Shown here: positions 14,326-27,294 of the stretch, piece by piece
Layout: every line of letters starts with the position of its first letter
Numbering within the stretch: position 1 is the first letter of the stretch
Origin: Eledone cirrhosa
Taxonomy: Eukaryota
Reading direction: 5' to 3'
NCBI GenBank assembly: GCA_964016885.1
Contig: OZ024765.1
Span: forward strand, 3,410,001 to 3,474,000
Length of the DNA: 64,000 nucleotides
The notes under the pieces: generated by a model
Seen by the model: only the letters and a program-made list of their open reading frames with translations
What the model was told of the DNA's origin: nothing
The model's database searches: none
Program-made: the position numbers and the translations under genes

Positions 14326-14358
<33 letters not shown>

Positions 14359-16428
14359 TTACACTTCCAGGCCATTGTTCCACAATGGCATTCTAGAAGT
14401 AGCCAGGGACTTCTCACCTCCTCCGAGACCTCCAAAGAATCCCTCGAACGCAGATGAAGAGGACAACGAAGACGACGACGAAGAGGTTGACGAAACGTGG
14501 TGACCGGTGCCGACTGGATCAGAAAGAATTTGGTGGAAGGCTGAAGTAAACGCTGCCCCATTTGAGCCGCTGTTGGTGAAGTCCGGTCCAGCAAACATGG
14601 AAGAGAAAGGACTGAAGTGATGGGAGTGGCCGTTCTCGTAGGTCAATGGTGGGGGCGTGGATGGCGTCCCCAGGCCATTTGAAGACTGTGTGTTGGCAGG
14701 CGCGGTCAAGACAAGCCCATCACCTGATGACATAACTAGTCTCTCAAGGGCAGATAAATTGCTAGTGTTTATACTGGACAGACTTGTTGAAGAGGAAAGC
14801 AGACCATTTATGTTATTCATGTTCATGTTGTGGTGGTTGTTGTTGTTGTTACTACTGTTGCTGTTGATGATGATGATGTTGGACGACCCAGGCGTGGTGG
14901 TGGCGGCGGTGGTGAATGAGGAAGGGGTGGTGTTACCGGCGTTGTTGATGCTGTGGTGGTTGTTGTTGTTGTAGAGGTTGATGTTGTTGAAGTCCTCGCC
15001 GAAGAACAGGGGACTGTGTCGGCTGAGGCTCCTGGTGGGGCTCTCGCTGATGCTGGACGGAGGGGGAGAGTCCCCCGTGGACCCGAGAGACGGTGGGCTG
15101 GAGTTGCAGCTGATCAGCTTCGGCCTGTTGGTACCGAACGGAGCGCCATCTGTTGGAGACAGTCGTGAAGTATACATGGAGGAGAGGGGCGGCAGAGGTG
15201 GGGAGTGCTGGGGAGACATACTATTAGTTCCGGTCAACAGTGTGACACCATTACCACCATTGCTGCCGCCATGTTGGTGGTGGTGGTGTTGGTTATAGTG
15301 GTTGTAATGGTTAGTGAGAGCGTTGCTGCTGTTGTTGTTGTTGTTGTGAAACTGCTGTTGCTGCTGGTGGTGGTGCTGCTGCTGGTGGTGGTTAAAACTA
15401 GATTCCTTCTGTAGGGAACTTTGGTGGTGGTTGTGTTGTTGCTGTTGGTGGTGGTGGTGGTGCTGCTGCTGCTGCTGCTGCTGGTGGTGGTGGTGAGATA
15501 GATGTGAAGGTGGTGGCGACGTGGTTACGAGAGTGCTGTTGGCACTGGAGGTGCCGGCAACCACCCCACCGCCGAGACCGGGAGACGGGGACGACGAAGG
15601 CGGAGAGCCTGCCCCTACGCCGGATGAAAGAACCCCGGGAGGTGCGATCTGGGTCGTTGCGGGGGCAGCAGAAGGGGTCGCGGTGGCGGAGGTCTTGCGT
15701 TCGTTTTCATTATGGATAAAGTGGCACCGTGGCCCGTAGGGGCAGAAGCCGCTGGAATGGTAAGTGCGACACGGCTCGGTCTTGTACTTGGGGTGCCTGG
15801 CTGGTGTCCTCAGCTCTGTGGCACCGTGGGCATAGCGGCACTTCTCGCCATACTTGCACTGGCGACTCTCGTCAAACGAGCGGCACAACTCAGTCTTGTA
15901 CTTGTTGGAGTTTATCTGACTCAAGCTGCTGCTGCTGCTACTGCTGCTGCTGCTACTGCTGCTGCTTCCACAGCTGCCGACACCGTTAGTAGTGTTGTTG
16001 TTGTTGTTGTTGTTGCTACTGTGGTGGTTGGCGCTGTTGTGGTTGTGGTGGTGGTGTCCGTTGGTGAGGGAAGAGCGAGAAGAATCTGCAGGCTCGCTCA
16101 TGCTGCGGTCCAATTTGCAAGGATGCGTGGACACCATCGTGCCGCCGCTTCCTCCTGAGCCACTAGGCGAGATCAAGGAATGATGACTGTTTAAACGCAT
16201 GTAGTACTGGACTGGTGACGATGTAGTGGTGGTGGTGGTGGTGTTACCGTTGTTGTTGTTGTTGTTGTTGGCAGATGCTATGATGGATGTTGTCGCAGAT
16301 GTCGCTGTTCCAGATGCCGGGGAAATCTTTCGGCTCCGAGTCACTGCCGATCCAACATCTACTGGTCCTCCCACTGCTTTGCGATCAATCGAGGTCGACG
16401 ACCTGAAGTGGGAAACAGAATTTGAAGC
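14359..16428 (-). CDS. Tis11: Tis11/ZFP36L-family tandem CCCH zinc-finger ARE-binding protein, coding exon 2 (689 codons + stop)
   Basis: Two CX8CX5CX3H fingers with KYKTEL/KYKTEP lead-ins and an 18-aa linker (15712-15903); DRKAVG and KLDRSMSEP family motifs; polypyrimidine tract and acceptor ttttatttccag|GCT at 16429/16428. The first 25 codons of the listed ORF are intronic. Confidence 0.95.
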   Translation of the reverse strand, partial: ASNSVSHFRSSTSIDRKAVGGPVDVGSAVTRSRKISPASGTATSATTSIIASANNNNNNNGNTTTTTTTSSPVQYYMRLNSHHSLISPSGSGGSGGTMVSTHPCKLDRSMSEPADSSRSSLTNGHHHHNHNSANHHSSNNNNNNNTTNGVGSCGSSSSSSSSSSSSSSLSQINSNKYKTELCRSFDESRQCKYGEKCRYAHGATELRTPARHPKYKTEPCRTYHSSGFCPYGPRCHFIHNENERKTSATATPSAAPATTQIAPPGVLSSGVGAGSPPSSSPSPGLGGGVVAGTSSANSTLVTTSPPPSHLSHHHHQQQQQQQHHHHHQQQQHNHHQSSLQKESSFNHHQQQHHHQQQQQFHNNNNNSSNALTNHYNHYNQHHHHQHGGSNGGNGVTLLTGTNSMSPQHSPPLPPLSSMYTSRLSPTDGAPFGTNRPKLISCNSSPPSLGSTGDSPPPSSISESPTRSLSRHSPLFFGEDFNNINLYNNNNHHSINNAGNTTPSSFTTAATTTPGSSNIIIINSNSSNNNNNHHNMNMNNINGLLSSSTSLSSINTSNLSALERLVMSSGDGLVLTAPANTQSSNGLGTPSTPPPLTYENGHSHHFSPFSSMFAGPDFTNSGSNGAAFTSAFHQILSDPVGTGHHVSSTSSSSSSLSSSSAFEGFFGGLGGGEKSLATSRMPLWNNGLEV

Positions 16429-16547
16429 CTGGAAATAAAATAAAAAAAAAAAAAAGGAAAAATTAATTTTCATTGGATAACAAAAAAAAAAAAATACATA
16501 CACATATATATTATATATAAATTATATATATTCCTGTTATATTTTGA

Positions 16548-16607
16548 ATACCTGATGATGTCACCGGGTTCAGTATGAATCTGGTGACATTGAAATGATC
16601 ATAGTAT
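16548..16607 (+). ncRNA. Hammerhead-like motif (family H)
   Basis: ATAC-CTGATGA-14-bp stem II-(TT)-GAAA-TGATCA-TA^GTAT; two extra nucleotides before GAAA. Confidence 0.55.
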
Positions 16608-16807
16608 AATTAACCTTTCAAGGATTTACACCAGCCCAGCCCAGCCTCCTGTTATTTTATAATAATTACCTCCGTACTCGCACCACCAACTATACAAACG
16701 TAGACGGGTGAGTTGCATTACGTCGGGTGCTCTCCATATTATTACATCAAAGATTGGCCAGTTCTATCGAGTGGTGAACCAACAAACCTAAATACACACA
16801 CACACGC

Positions 16808-16995
16808 ACCCAGCACTCACTGTAAATGAGGTTGGTGTTAGGAAGGGCATCCAGGCTGTAGAAATCAAGCCAGAATCAGTTCCCGTATGGGCAAGTCATG
16901 GTCAGCCGACCGGACACTGCCCACAACAACAGGACAACCCGTCTAACCCATGCTAACGTGTAAGAACGGCCGTAAAACGGTGTTGATGATGATGA
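16808..16995 (+). mobile_element. SINE family 2
   Basis: GTTGGTGTTAGGAAGGGCATCCAG..AACCCATGCTA..TAAAACG(ATG)n; also at 20710-20825, 26969-27112, 40630-40760 and 45713-45838 (minus). Confidence 0.75.
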
Positions 16996-17223
16996 CACAT
17001 AGTTGACCCATGGAACATAACTAACATAACTAACCCCCTGGGTCAGTTATGTTCCAAGAGCACCTGCCAATATTGGACGTGGTCATAAAAACGACCACTA
17101 AACGTCAAAACTGTAAAATATAGGCTGGCAAATATGGTATATTGTCAATCTAGCGTTAAAAAATATATATGCAGTGGGTTCCACAAACTATCGACCGTAT
17201 ATATATGTATATAGGGTACACTG

Positions 17224-17254
<31 letters not shown>

Positions 17255-17279
17255 TATATATATATGTATATATAGGGTA

Positions 17280-17334
<55 letters not shown>

Positions 17335-17339
17335 GGGTA

Positions 17340-17392
<53 letters not shown>

Positions 17393-17397
17393 GGGTA

Positions 17398-17465
<68 letters not shown>

Positions 17466-17799
17466 CACTATGTATGCATGCATGCATGCATGCATGTATG
17501 TGGGGTACACTATATATATATATATATGGGATATACTGTGTGTGTGAAGTATATCCATAGAAAAAGGTGAAGGAAAGAAGAGTGCTCTATGTGTAGTACA
17601 GAGCTATTTAATTACACAACACAATATAATTATTTCATTACCAAAATAATTATATGAACCTTTCAAGAATCCTCTACAAGTTTCTTGTAACCTTTGTTAA
17701 TGGAATATAGTCATGTGTTGTATAATATACACTATGATGATGTCCAAGAGAAAGAAGGCACAGGGTGATGCTGCTTGGCACTAGTGACATCACACGTAT

Positions 17800-18040
17800 G
17801 TATCTATCTATCTAAGGCGGGCAAAATTCCCGAGATCCATGGACGAGTTCTCTCCAGCGGTCTCTGTCCCTCATTATCGCTGCCATATCCTGCATCTCCA
17901 ACAGACCAGTGTCTGTCCTTAGGGCATCAACATATGTTAATCTTGGTCTTCCTCTTCTAGTGTGTCAATGCAGGGGCTCCCAAAGGAGCACTGAGTGCAA
18001 TGTCAACTCTGGATGTCGGAGAGCATGTCCAGCCAACCTC
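17800..18040 (-). mobile_element. RTE LINE 3'-end fragment
   Basis: Homologous to 62545-62770; smaller pieces at 36290-36365 and 54665-54755. Confidence 0.8.
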
Positions 18041-18135
18041 ATAATTAATGTGTAATTAAATAGCTCTGTAATATATAGTGTATATATATATATATACACT
18101 ATATATTATATTATATTATATATGCTCTCTCATAT

Positions 18136-18244
18136 TAACTTTGCCTTTCATCCTTACGGGGGGGGGGGGGGGGGTCGATAAAATAAAGTCCCAGTAATAC
18201 ACTGGGACAATTGCTGGCCTTGTGCCTAGAGTAGCAACAATTAT
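18136..18244 (+). mobile_element. SINE family 1, 5'-truncated
   Basis: Body and tail match. Confidence 0.8.
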
Positions 18245-18673
18245 TTTATATATATGCTCTCTCCCTCACACACACACACACACACAATATTAGATGACTG
18301 ACTGGAGAGAGAGAGAGGGGGGTGGAGTGGTGGGGGGTTTTAAATCATTGAGTGGCCACTCAATCCCTATATATATATATATATGTATATGCATACATAT
18401 TTACATATAACATATATATGTATATGCATACATATTTACATATAACATATATATATGCATATGGTTGCACAACAATCTAAAAATAGCAACCAAAATTCCC
18501 CACCCCCCCACAAAAAAAAAAAAAAATCACCTTGAGGGGAAAACCCAGAAACCACCTCGAATGTCAACCAACAAGGTCCAATCCTACACCCCCCCCCCCC
18601 CGGAGGAGGAGGAGAGAGGGAGGGTTTATTAAATCATTGCTGCCCACTCAATCTCTCTCTATATATATACATA

Positions 18674-18706
<33 letters not shown>

Positions 18707-18711
<5 letters not shown>

Positions 18712-19312
18712 TGGCTGCCAACTCGTTTTCGAGTACGGCCACTACTTTATATCCATGTAGGAGAACCCCTACCGAAGCACTGAACGAGTGCGACTTTTTA
18801 GTCCAGCCAGCAACTTGAAAACTCTGGTACAAACACTACACCTGTGACAATTATTGACACACAGTGCTGGGCCCATGGTACCATGTGAGGACAAGTGCAG
18901 AGAGATCTCCAGATATAAAGCAATGCCTGTGCCGTGAAGCTTTTATAGTGAGCAAAGGCACTGCACAAAGCCAGTCCCACTCTCTTAACCAAGATGATAT
19001 TTACCAAAAAGAAGAACAAGTCAACATCATTGGATACCATCAGGGTTGCAGGTGTTATAGCAGAGTTTTCCTTCTCCTAGAATTCTGCCATGACAAAGGG
19101 GTCATCTCTCCCGGTGATTTTGGATGGCCATTGACTCTTACGAGCTCCTTTGCCCTTTGACAGGTTTTGTTCTTAGTCCTGCAGGATGTCCAAAGTCACC
19201 CTCCTCACCAAGCAACCTTGGTGGGGTTGCCAGTTTAGTCGCCAACGACCCAACCATGAGACAGGTTGTACTGGGATACATGCTACCAGTAGCACCAACT
19301 GGTGACCTGACC
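18707..19312 (-). mobile_element. ~610-bp non-coding dispersed element, full unit, (TA)n-flanked
   Basis: Matches 57221-57826 end to end; contains CTAGGAGAAGGAAAACTCTG, which I recall from RTE 5' regions (strand assigned on that basis). Confidence 0.75.
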
Positions 19313-20050
19313 ATAATATATACATATTTACATATATATATATATATATATGTATATACACATGTATACATATATATGGTTGCACAACAATCTAAAAATA
19401 GCACCACCACCCCCAAAAAAAACCCACCTGAGGGGAAAACCCAGACACCACCTCGAATGTCAACAACCAACAAAGATCAATCCTACACAAAAGAATGTTG
19501 TCAATCACATACCCCCCCCCCCCAAAAAAAAACCAACCAAAGTACTTTATCAGGCTTTCCTGTTCAGCTGAGGACCATGCTGGGGCACTAATGTTGCAGT
19601 ACATTCGTAAGAAATCACCTGGGATGACTTCTTATGAATGAGAAACAGTTCTAGTCCTGTAGAAGTCATGATAGCATGGGAAATGGATGTTCAAACAATA
19701 ATCTATGTGTCTGTGTTATATATGTTATATATATATATATATATATATAGTGTGTTGTGTGTTGTGTGTGTGTTATATATATGTGTGTGTGTGTGTGTGT
19801 GTTATATATATATATATGCGTATATATATATATTTGTAAAGTACAACAGGCCATATCATGCTGGGTGACCTTCCTGTTTAAACATAATAAAAATGAAAAA
19901 ACAGGACACACGGACAGACATTCACACAAAGCTATGATGTTCATGGAAAATGGCGGATGTTTAAAAAGTTACTTAGTGTTGTTTATCTTTTGTTTTTCAA
20001 AGACAGTGAGGTGGGGTGGGGGAGGGAAAGTAAAACTAGCTTAGCTCTCA

Positions 20051-20100
<50 letters not shown>

Positions 20101-20214
20101 AGGGACACACACACACACCCCCCAAGGGTGCCACTAAGAAAAACACCCAGCCTACACTGTAAAAATTGTAATGCAAGTACTAAAGTGGCTGGAGTCAGGA
20201 AGTGCACCCAGCTA

Positions 20215-20645
20215 CAGAAACCATGCTCCCAGTTCACTCTGTCAAAGTGGTTGGTAAGGACATCCTACTACAGAAACCATGCTCCCAGTACACTCTGTAA
20301 AGTGGTTGGTGTTAAGGACATCCAGCTGTAGAAACCATGCTCCCAGTACACTCTGTAAAGTGGTTGGTGTTAAGGACATCCAGCTGTAGAAACCATGCTC
20401 CCAGTACACTCTGTAAAGTGGTTGGTGTTAGGAAGGGCATCCAGCTACAGAAACTATGTTAATGGTACACACTTAAGTGGCATTCAGTCATAGAAACTAT
20501 GACTCGGTTGTTGTTAGAAAGGGCATCTCAGTCCAGTTGGTGCTAGAAAGGGTGGGTGTCCAGTTGGTGCTAGAAAGGGTGGGTATCCAGTTGGTGCTAG
20601 AAAGGGTGGGTATCCAGTTGGTGCTAGAAAGGGTGGGTATCCAGC
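20215..20645 (+). repeat. 58-bp then 27-bp tandem repeats derived from SINE family 2
   Basis: CCATGCTCCCAG recurs at 20221, 20277, 20335 and 20393; CCAGTTGGTGCTAGAAAGGGTGGGT occurs 4 times. Confidence 0.85.
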
Positions 20646-20909
20646 CGATGATGTGTGAATAAATAACTACTTAATGTGTCTTGTTCTGGTTTTATCATAT
20701 AGCGATTAAATGTGGTTGGTGTTAGGAAGGGCATACAGCTGTAAAATTCGCAGTCAATTGGCCTGAGTTCTCATGACTTGGGTGACCCGACTAAACCATA
20801 CAAGCATGGAAAATAGCCGCTGAACAAGGGCGGTGGGAGTAGGTGGATGGGTTGGAGTATCTTTTCAGTTTCGGTGGGGTGTTCATATCAATACTTATCA
20901 GGTTCTAGT

Positions 20910-21064
20910 CTTGCTTTGATACAGAGTTACGGCCCTTGCCATTCTGAGTTCAAATCCCACCGAGGTTAACTTTGCCTTTCATCCTTACGGGGTCGATAAA
21001 ATAAAGTACCAGTAATACACTGAGGTAATTGCTGGCCTTGTGCCAAAAGTAGAAACAATTATTA
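20910..21064 (+). mobile_element. SINE family 1
   Basis: B box, body and tail match. Confidence 0.8.
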
Positions 21065-21165
21065 TCTTAGTTGTTATAATCGGCCCAGCCCTACCTTTAT
21101 TAGGTAGAACACTAACGAGAGAGAGAGAGAGAGAAATATATATATATAGAGAGAGAGAGAGAGAA

Positions 21166-21222
<57 letters not shown>

Positions 21223-21833
21223 GAGAAATATATATAGAGAGAGAGGGAGAGATAGAGAAATAGAGAGAGAGAGAAAGAGATAGAGAAATATATATATATA
21301 GAGAGAGAAATGTGTAATTAAAGGATGGTGACCTGAAGGTGGTCAGGAAATAATCAAATTAAAGTACTCAATACGTTGGTAGAGAATAAGCATATATTTT
21401 ATTTAAAACGAAACAGTTCTAGTCCTGTAGGAGTAAATATATATATATATATATATATATAGACTGTACAGACTCAAAAAAATATATACACACCGATTAG
21501 AATGCTGTTGAAGTCTACACATATATATATTATATATACATCCTCCCACACTACACAATGTAGTGTATGCACACACACACACACACACATATATATATAC
21601 ACACACACACACACCACGCATAAATATACATCCTCTCGTACTACACACAAAATATACATACCCCCCCCCCTCACTATATATCTCCCCCCACCTATATATC
21701 TATATATATCTATATATACACACACCTCTCTATAGATATATATACACACCCCTCTCTTTATCTCTCTCTCTATATTACACACACACACACACACCTCTCT
21801 ATAGATATATATACACACCCCCCTCTTTATCTC

Positions 21834-21886
<53 letters not shown>

Positions 21887-22429
21887 CATATATACAGACA
21901 CACACCCATCTCACCCTATCTCTTTATATATACATATATACACCCCCCATATCTATATATACACACACACACCTCTCTATAGATATATATACACACCCCT
22001 CTTTTTATCTCTCTCTCTCTATATTATATATATATACATATATATATATACATATATACACACACACACCCATCTCACCCTATCTCTTTATATATACATA
22101 TATACACCCCCCATATCTATATATACACACACACTATACCCCAACATGAGTAGTGGTGTGCACTGGGCCAACCCCTAGCTAAATAGGGAGATAAAAGGCA
22201 ACCAGCTATGTCACCTGAACGGGGTGAACTCGGACGGAAAAAGGGGCCAAGATTTGAAGGGAGTTGAAGAAGAGTAGTAATGGTAAGTAGTGAACCCAGT
22301 AGGACCCAATGACTTGATTCAAAATAGGGAGGGGAAGTAGACCCTAACGTTACTAAAAGGGAGAAAGCATGTATTTGATATATACACGCGCGCGCATATA
22401 TATATATTATACACATCCACACATATAAT

Positions 22430-23410
22430 ACAGAGATATACAGATATATATACACAGATATATATATACACATATATATACACACAGATATATATATACA
22501 CACAGATATATATATACACACAGATATATATACACACATATATATATACACACATATATATACACACACATATATATACACACAGATATATAGACACAGA
22601 TATATAGACACAGATATATATACACACAGATATATAGACACAGATATATAGACACACATATATAGACACACATATATATAGACACAGATATATAGACACA
22701 CATATATATAGACACAGATATATAGACACAGATATATAGACACACATATATATAGACACAGATATATAGACACACATATATATAGACACAGATATATAGA
22801 CACAGATATATAGACACAGATATATAGACACAGATATATAGACACATATATACACACAGATATATATACACACAGATATATATACACACACAGATATATA
22901 CACACACAGATATATACACACACAGATATATACACACACAGATATATATACACAGATATATATACACAGATATATATACACAGATATATATACACAGATA
23001 TATATACACACATATATATACACAGATATATATACACAGATATATATACACAGATATATATACACAGATATATACACACACATATATACACACAGATATA
23101 TACACACAGATATATACACACAGATATATATACACAGATATATATACACAGATATATACACAGATATATATACAGATATATATACAGATATATATACAGA
23201 TATATACACACAGATATATACACAGATATATACACACAGATATATACACACAGATATATACACACAGATATATATACACAGATATATATACACAGATATA
23301 TATACAGATATATATACACAGATATATATACAGATATATATACACAGATATATATACACAGATATATACACATATATATATACACAGATATATACACACA
23401 GATATATATG
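22430..23410. repeat. CACAGATATATA-type minisatellite
   Basis: Direct inspection. Confidence 0.9.
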
Positions 23411-23610
23411 CCTCGTGGCAAATAAATAGAAATTTATATATACACAGATAATACATAGATATACTTTTATATATATATACACACACAATACAAATATACA
23501 TCCTCTCGTACTACACACAACTATACATATATATATATATATATACATGTATATACAATATATTAATAAATTTACCTTGGTCGCCCTTGAAATATATAAA
23601 ATAATTATGG

Positions 23611-23659
<49 letters not shown>

Positions 23660-23687
23660 TTCAAAATAGATATTCTTGTGATCAACT

Positions 23688-23756
23688 ATATTTTATTATA
23701 CATATTTCAGAGGTACTGAGTTAACTTCAACAGTACGTCCTCATCAGATAAAATAT
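23688..23756 (-). ncRNA. Minimal type I hammerhead ribozyme (family C), sense within the Tis11 intron
   Basis: ATATTTTAT-CTGATGA-GGACGTACTG/CAGTACCTCT-GAAA-TATGTA-TA^ATAAAATAT; 9-bp stem I. Confidence 0.75.
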
Positions 23757-23814
23757 GATGCATGATTGAGTGCTTCCAACCTATTGTAAAACTCGTTCTT
23801 TGAACCTTGTTTAA

Positions 23815-23862
<48 letters not shown>

Positions 23863-24265
23863 TATAAATATTAATAAAAATTAATAAAATATAAATATTA
23901 ATAAAAAAATTTTGCGTAGAGTGCTTCCAATCTACTGTAAAACTCATTCTTTGACATAATTGTTTAACACTTTAATATATATATATAGAATAGAATGAAA
24001 CGAAATTTCATTTCTCACTCTTAATACGGCACTAAAATGTAAGTATGTATGTACACGTACATACATATATGTATACAGACGTACAGTAGTATGTATGTAT
24101 ATATATACATACATACATGCACACATATATATACAAACAAACCGAGCATTATAATAAATGTTCGGTAAACCGATACGTGCATATATGTGTGCAAGTATGT
24201 ATATATATACATACTACTGTACATCTGTATACATATATGTATGTACGTTTACATTAATACATACT

Positions 24266-24304
<39 letters not shown>

Positions 24305-24779
24305 ATATATATATATATATATGCAAAAGTTCTATTTAAATTGTTGGGATACAACAAGCAAATATTTTTATAACTGATATAAAGCACTCGACAAGTATTT
24401 GGAGTAAATATACGATATTGACAAATGGAAACTATATTTATAAAACCATATTTATTTCATTATACATATTTCAAAGATACCAAGTTAAATTATGGTATGC
24501 CTCCATCAGACAAAATACAATATATACCAGTTTTATAAATAAACATTGACATATTATATATATATATATATACACACACACACCGTACTATCTTATATAC
24601 ATAGGTTTATCATAGTTATGGACCTTTGCCTCTATACACCAAAATGAAGCTTCCGTTGGGAGGAAAATATCCCACTATAAGACGCATTCATATATTTAAA
24701 TATATCTCCATTCATGCGTGTTGAGTATATTTTTACATTCACAAACCACTCCATGAAATTATACATCTATTTCTGATCA

Positions 24780-24852
<73 letters not shown>

Positions 24853-25007
24853 CATATATTTATATACACACACATACATAGACTATATCGTAACAAACCC
24901 ATGTGTACCCCCCATGAAATTATACATCTATTTCTGATCACGATATATACACACACACATTCATAATATATATATATATATATACACATATACATACATA
25001 CACATTC

Positions 25008-25053
<46 letters not shown>

Positions 25054-25558
25054 TTCATTTATTTATTTATACACATACATACATACAGAAACTATGTAAC
25101 AAACCCACGTGTAAGTAAGTATATTTTTACATTCACAAACCACCCAATGAAATTATACATCTATTTCTGATCACGATATATACATACACATTCATAATAC
25201 ACACACACACACACACACACACACTGTATCGTAACAGGCCCACACACACACACACTGTATCGTAACAGGCCCACGTGTAGGTATATCTTTACATTCACAA
25301 ACTCTCGTCCTCAGACAAGCCAACACGAGCTACTCACCAGTTGTAACATATGTAACGTTTACAATAAACCACGAGGTGGAGAATAGAAAAAAGGCGGGAA
25401 TTCTTTTTTTTTTCCATTCAAGTTTTAACAGTAATTGTTGTGCTGTCTAGCGGTTGTGTGTGTATGTGTGTACGTGTGTGTCATATATATATATATATAT
25501 AATAGATGTCCCTAAAAGTGTATGTATATACACCATATATACGTTTTTGGAGGACCCC

Positions 25559-25612
<54 letters not shown>

Positions 25613-25656
25613 GGAATACTGTTGGCTTTTTGCTACAATGTTTTCTTATACCTTTC

Positions 25657-25709
<53 letters not shown>

Positions 25710-25739
25710 ATATATACCATCATCATCATCATTTTACGT

Positions 25740-25798
<59 letters not shown>

Positions 25799-26094
25799 GT
25801 ATATACATTTTTGGGGGGACATTTATGTGTATGGTGTATAATACTTTTGTGGGACACCCATTATGGTGTATATACTTTTGTGTGGGACACCCATTATATA
25901 TATATGTGTGTGTGTGGTGTATATACATTTTTCGGGTACATCCATTATATATTAGTGTATATATATGTATTTTTGAGGGACACCCTGTATATATACAGGG
26001 TGTGTATCCCGGTAACTAAGGTACTCAATACAGAGTATAATAAATATATAAATGGCTTCTACAGGACTACAACTGTTTCATTCGAAGGAAATCA

Positions 26095-26147
26095 GGCTTT
26101 AACTGATGATTTCCTTCGAATGAAACAGTTCGAGTGCTGTAAGAGCC
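26095..26147 (+). ncRNA. Hammerhead motif (family A, imperfect stem I)
   Basis: CTGATGA-TTTCCTTCGAAT-GAAACAG-TTCGAGTG-CTGTA^AGAGCC; inverted partial copy at 26054-26095. Confidence 0.5.
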
Positions 26148-26206
26148 GTTTGTGTGTAAATGAGTATATATAGTATGTTCAACGTAGAGAGAAGAGAACT
26201 TCTCGT

Positions 26207-26633
26207 CCACTACTAGACTTGCTAAGTCCACTACTAGACTTGCTAGTCCACTACTAGACTTGCTAGTCCACTACTAGACTTGCTAGTCTACTACTAGACT
26301 TGCTAGTCTACTACTAGACTTGCTAGTCTACTACTAGACTTGCTAGTCTACTACTAGACTTGCTAGTCTACTACTAGACTTGCTAGTCCACTACTAGACT
26401 TGCTAGTCCACTACTAGACTTGCTAGTCCACTACTAGACTTGCTAGTCCACTACTAGACTTGCTAGTCCACTACTAGAATTGCTAGTCCACTACTAGAAT
26501 TGCTAGTCCACTACTAGAATTGCTAGTCCACTACTAGAACTTCTCGTCCACTACTAGAATTACTACTAGAATTGCTAGTCTACTACTACTAGAATTGCTA
26601 GTCTACTACTAGTTAAAGAACGTCGTGAATGAA
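26207..26633. repeat. 20-bp minisatellite TGCTAGTCYACTACTAGAMT, about 21 copies
   Basis: Direct inspection. Confidence 0.95.
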
Positions 26634-27185
26634 GAGTATTTTCATTCATAAACAATCCACTATTGTTTTTTTTTTTATGAGCGACGCTCCCCTCGTGACC
26701 TTTACATCACACGAGCTAAAACACTACAGCTATTTCGATGGAGGGCAGAATTTGGCTGCTATTTCTAGCAAGTCTGAGTAGGCTCACAAAGGGCTGCTTT
26801 CAAATTATATCTAAGGAAGAGGGATTATTGAAGAGGGATTATTAAATAAAGATAAGAAAAAAGGCGCATATAGAGAGGGGGAGAGCGATAAAGAAGAGCT
26901 ACAGGACTAGAACCGTTTCATTCGTGAGAAATCAACCTGGATTTAACTGTGTGTGTGTGTGTGTGTGTGTGGTTGGTGTTAAGAAGGGCATCCAACCGTA
27001 GAAAACCTGCCAAACGAGCGAGATACGGTCACCCGACCAATCTTACCTCGAATAGGACAAATTCCCGTCTAACCCATGCTAGTGTGGAGGACAGACGTTA
27101 AACGATGATGATATATATATATATACATACACACATTCAAACAAATACATACATATATATTACGCAAACATACATATACATTTTG

Positions 27186-27294
27186 CAGCATAGAGTTACA
27201 GCCCTTTATCGTCTGAGTTCAAATCCCGCCAAGGTAAACTTTGCCTTTCATCCTTACGGGGTCGATAAAATAAAGTACCAGTAATGCACTGGGT
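27186..27294 (+). mobile_element. SINE family 1, partial
   Basis: B box and body match. Confidence 0.8.

Larger units (their letters stand above)
3830..14358 (-). other. Putative long 3' UTR of Tis11 (true end uncertain)
   Basis: U-rich minus strand; UUAUUUAUU at 12041-12049 and 5205-5213; AATAAA at 3830-3835 followed by a U/GU-rich tract. Several more proximal AATAAA exist. Confidence 0.4.

Noticed and set aside
14657-16438. Plus-strand ORFs overlapping Tis11 exon 2
   Set aside because: Antisense shadows of a GC-richer, triplet-repeat coding exon.
16429-16503. N-terminal 25 codons of the 714-aa ORF
   Set aside because: Phe-rich translation of the intron polypyrimidine tract ending at a canonical AG.
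19190-19312. HDV-like or twister ribozyme at the end of the 610-bp element
   Set aside because: Hairpins exist, but I could not assemble the nested pseudoknot or the twister consensus by eye.
24450-24520. Family B hammerhead in sense in the intron
   Set aside because: Core reads CTGATGG (A9G); 48820-48880 and 33385-33432 likewise lack an intact 5' core.
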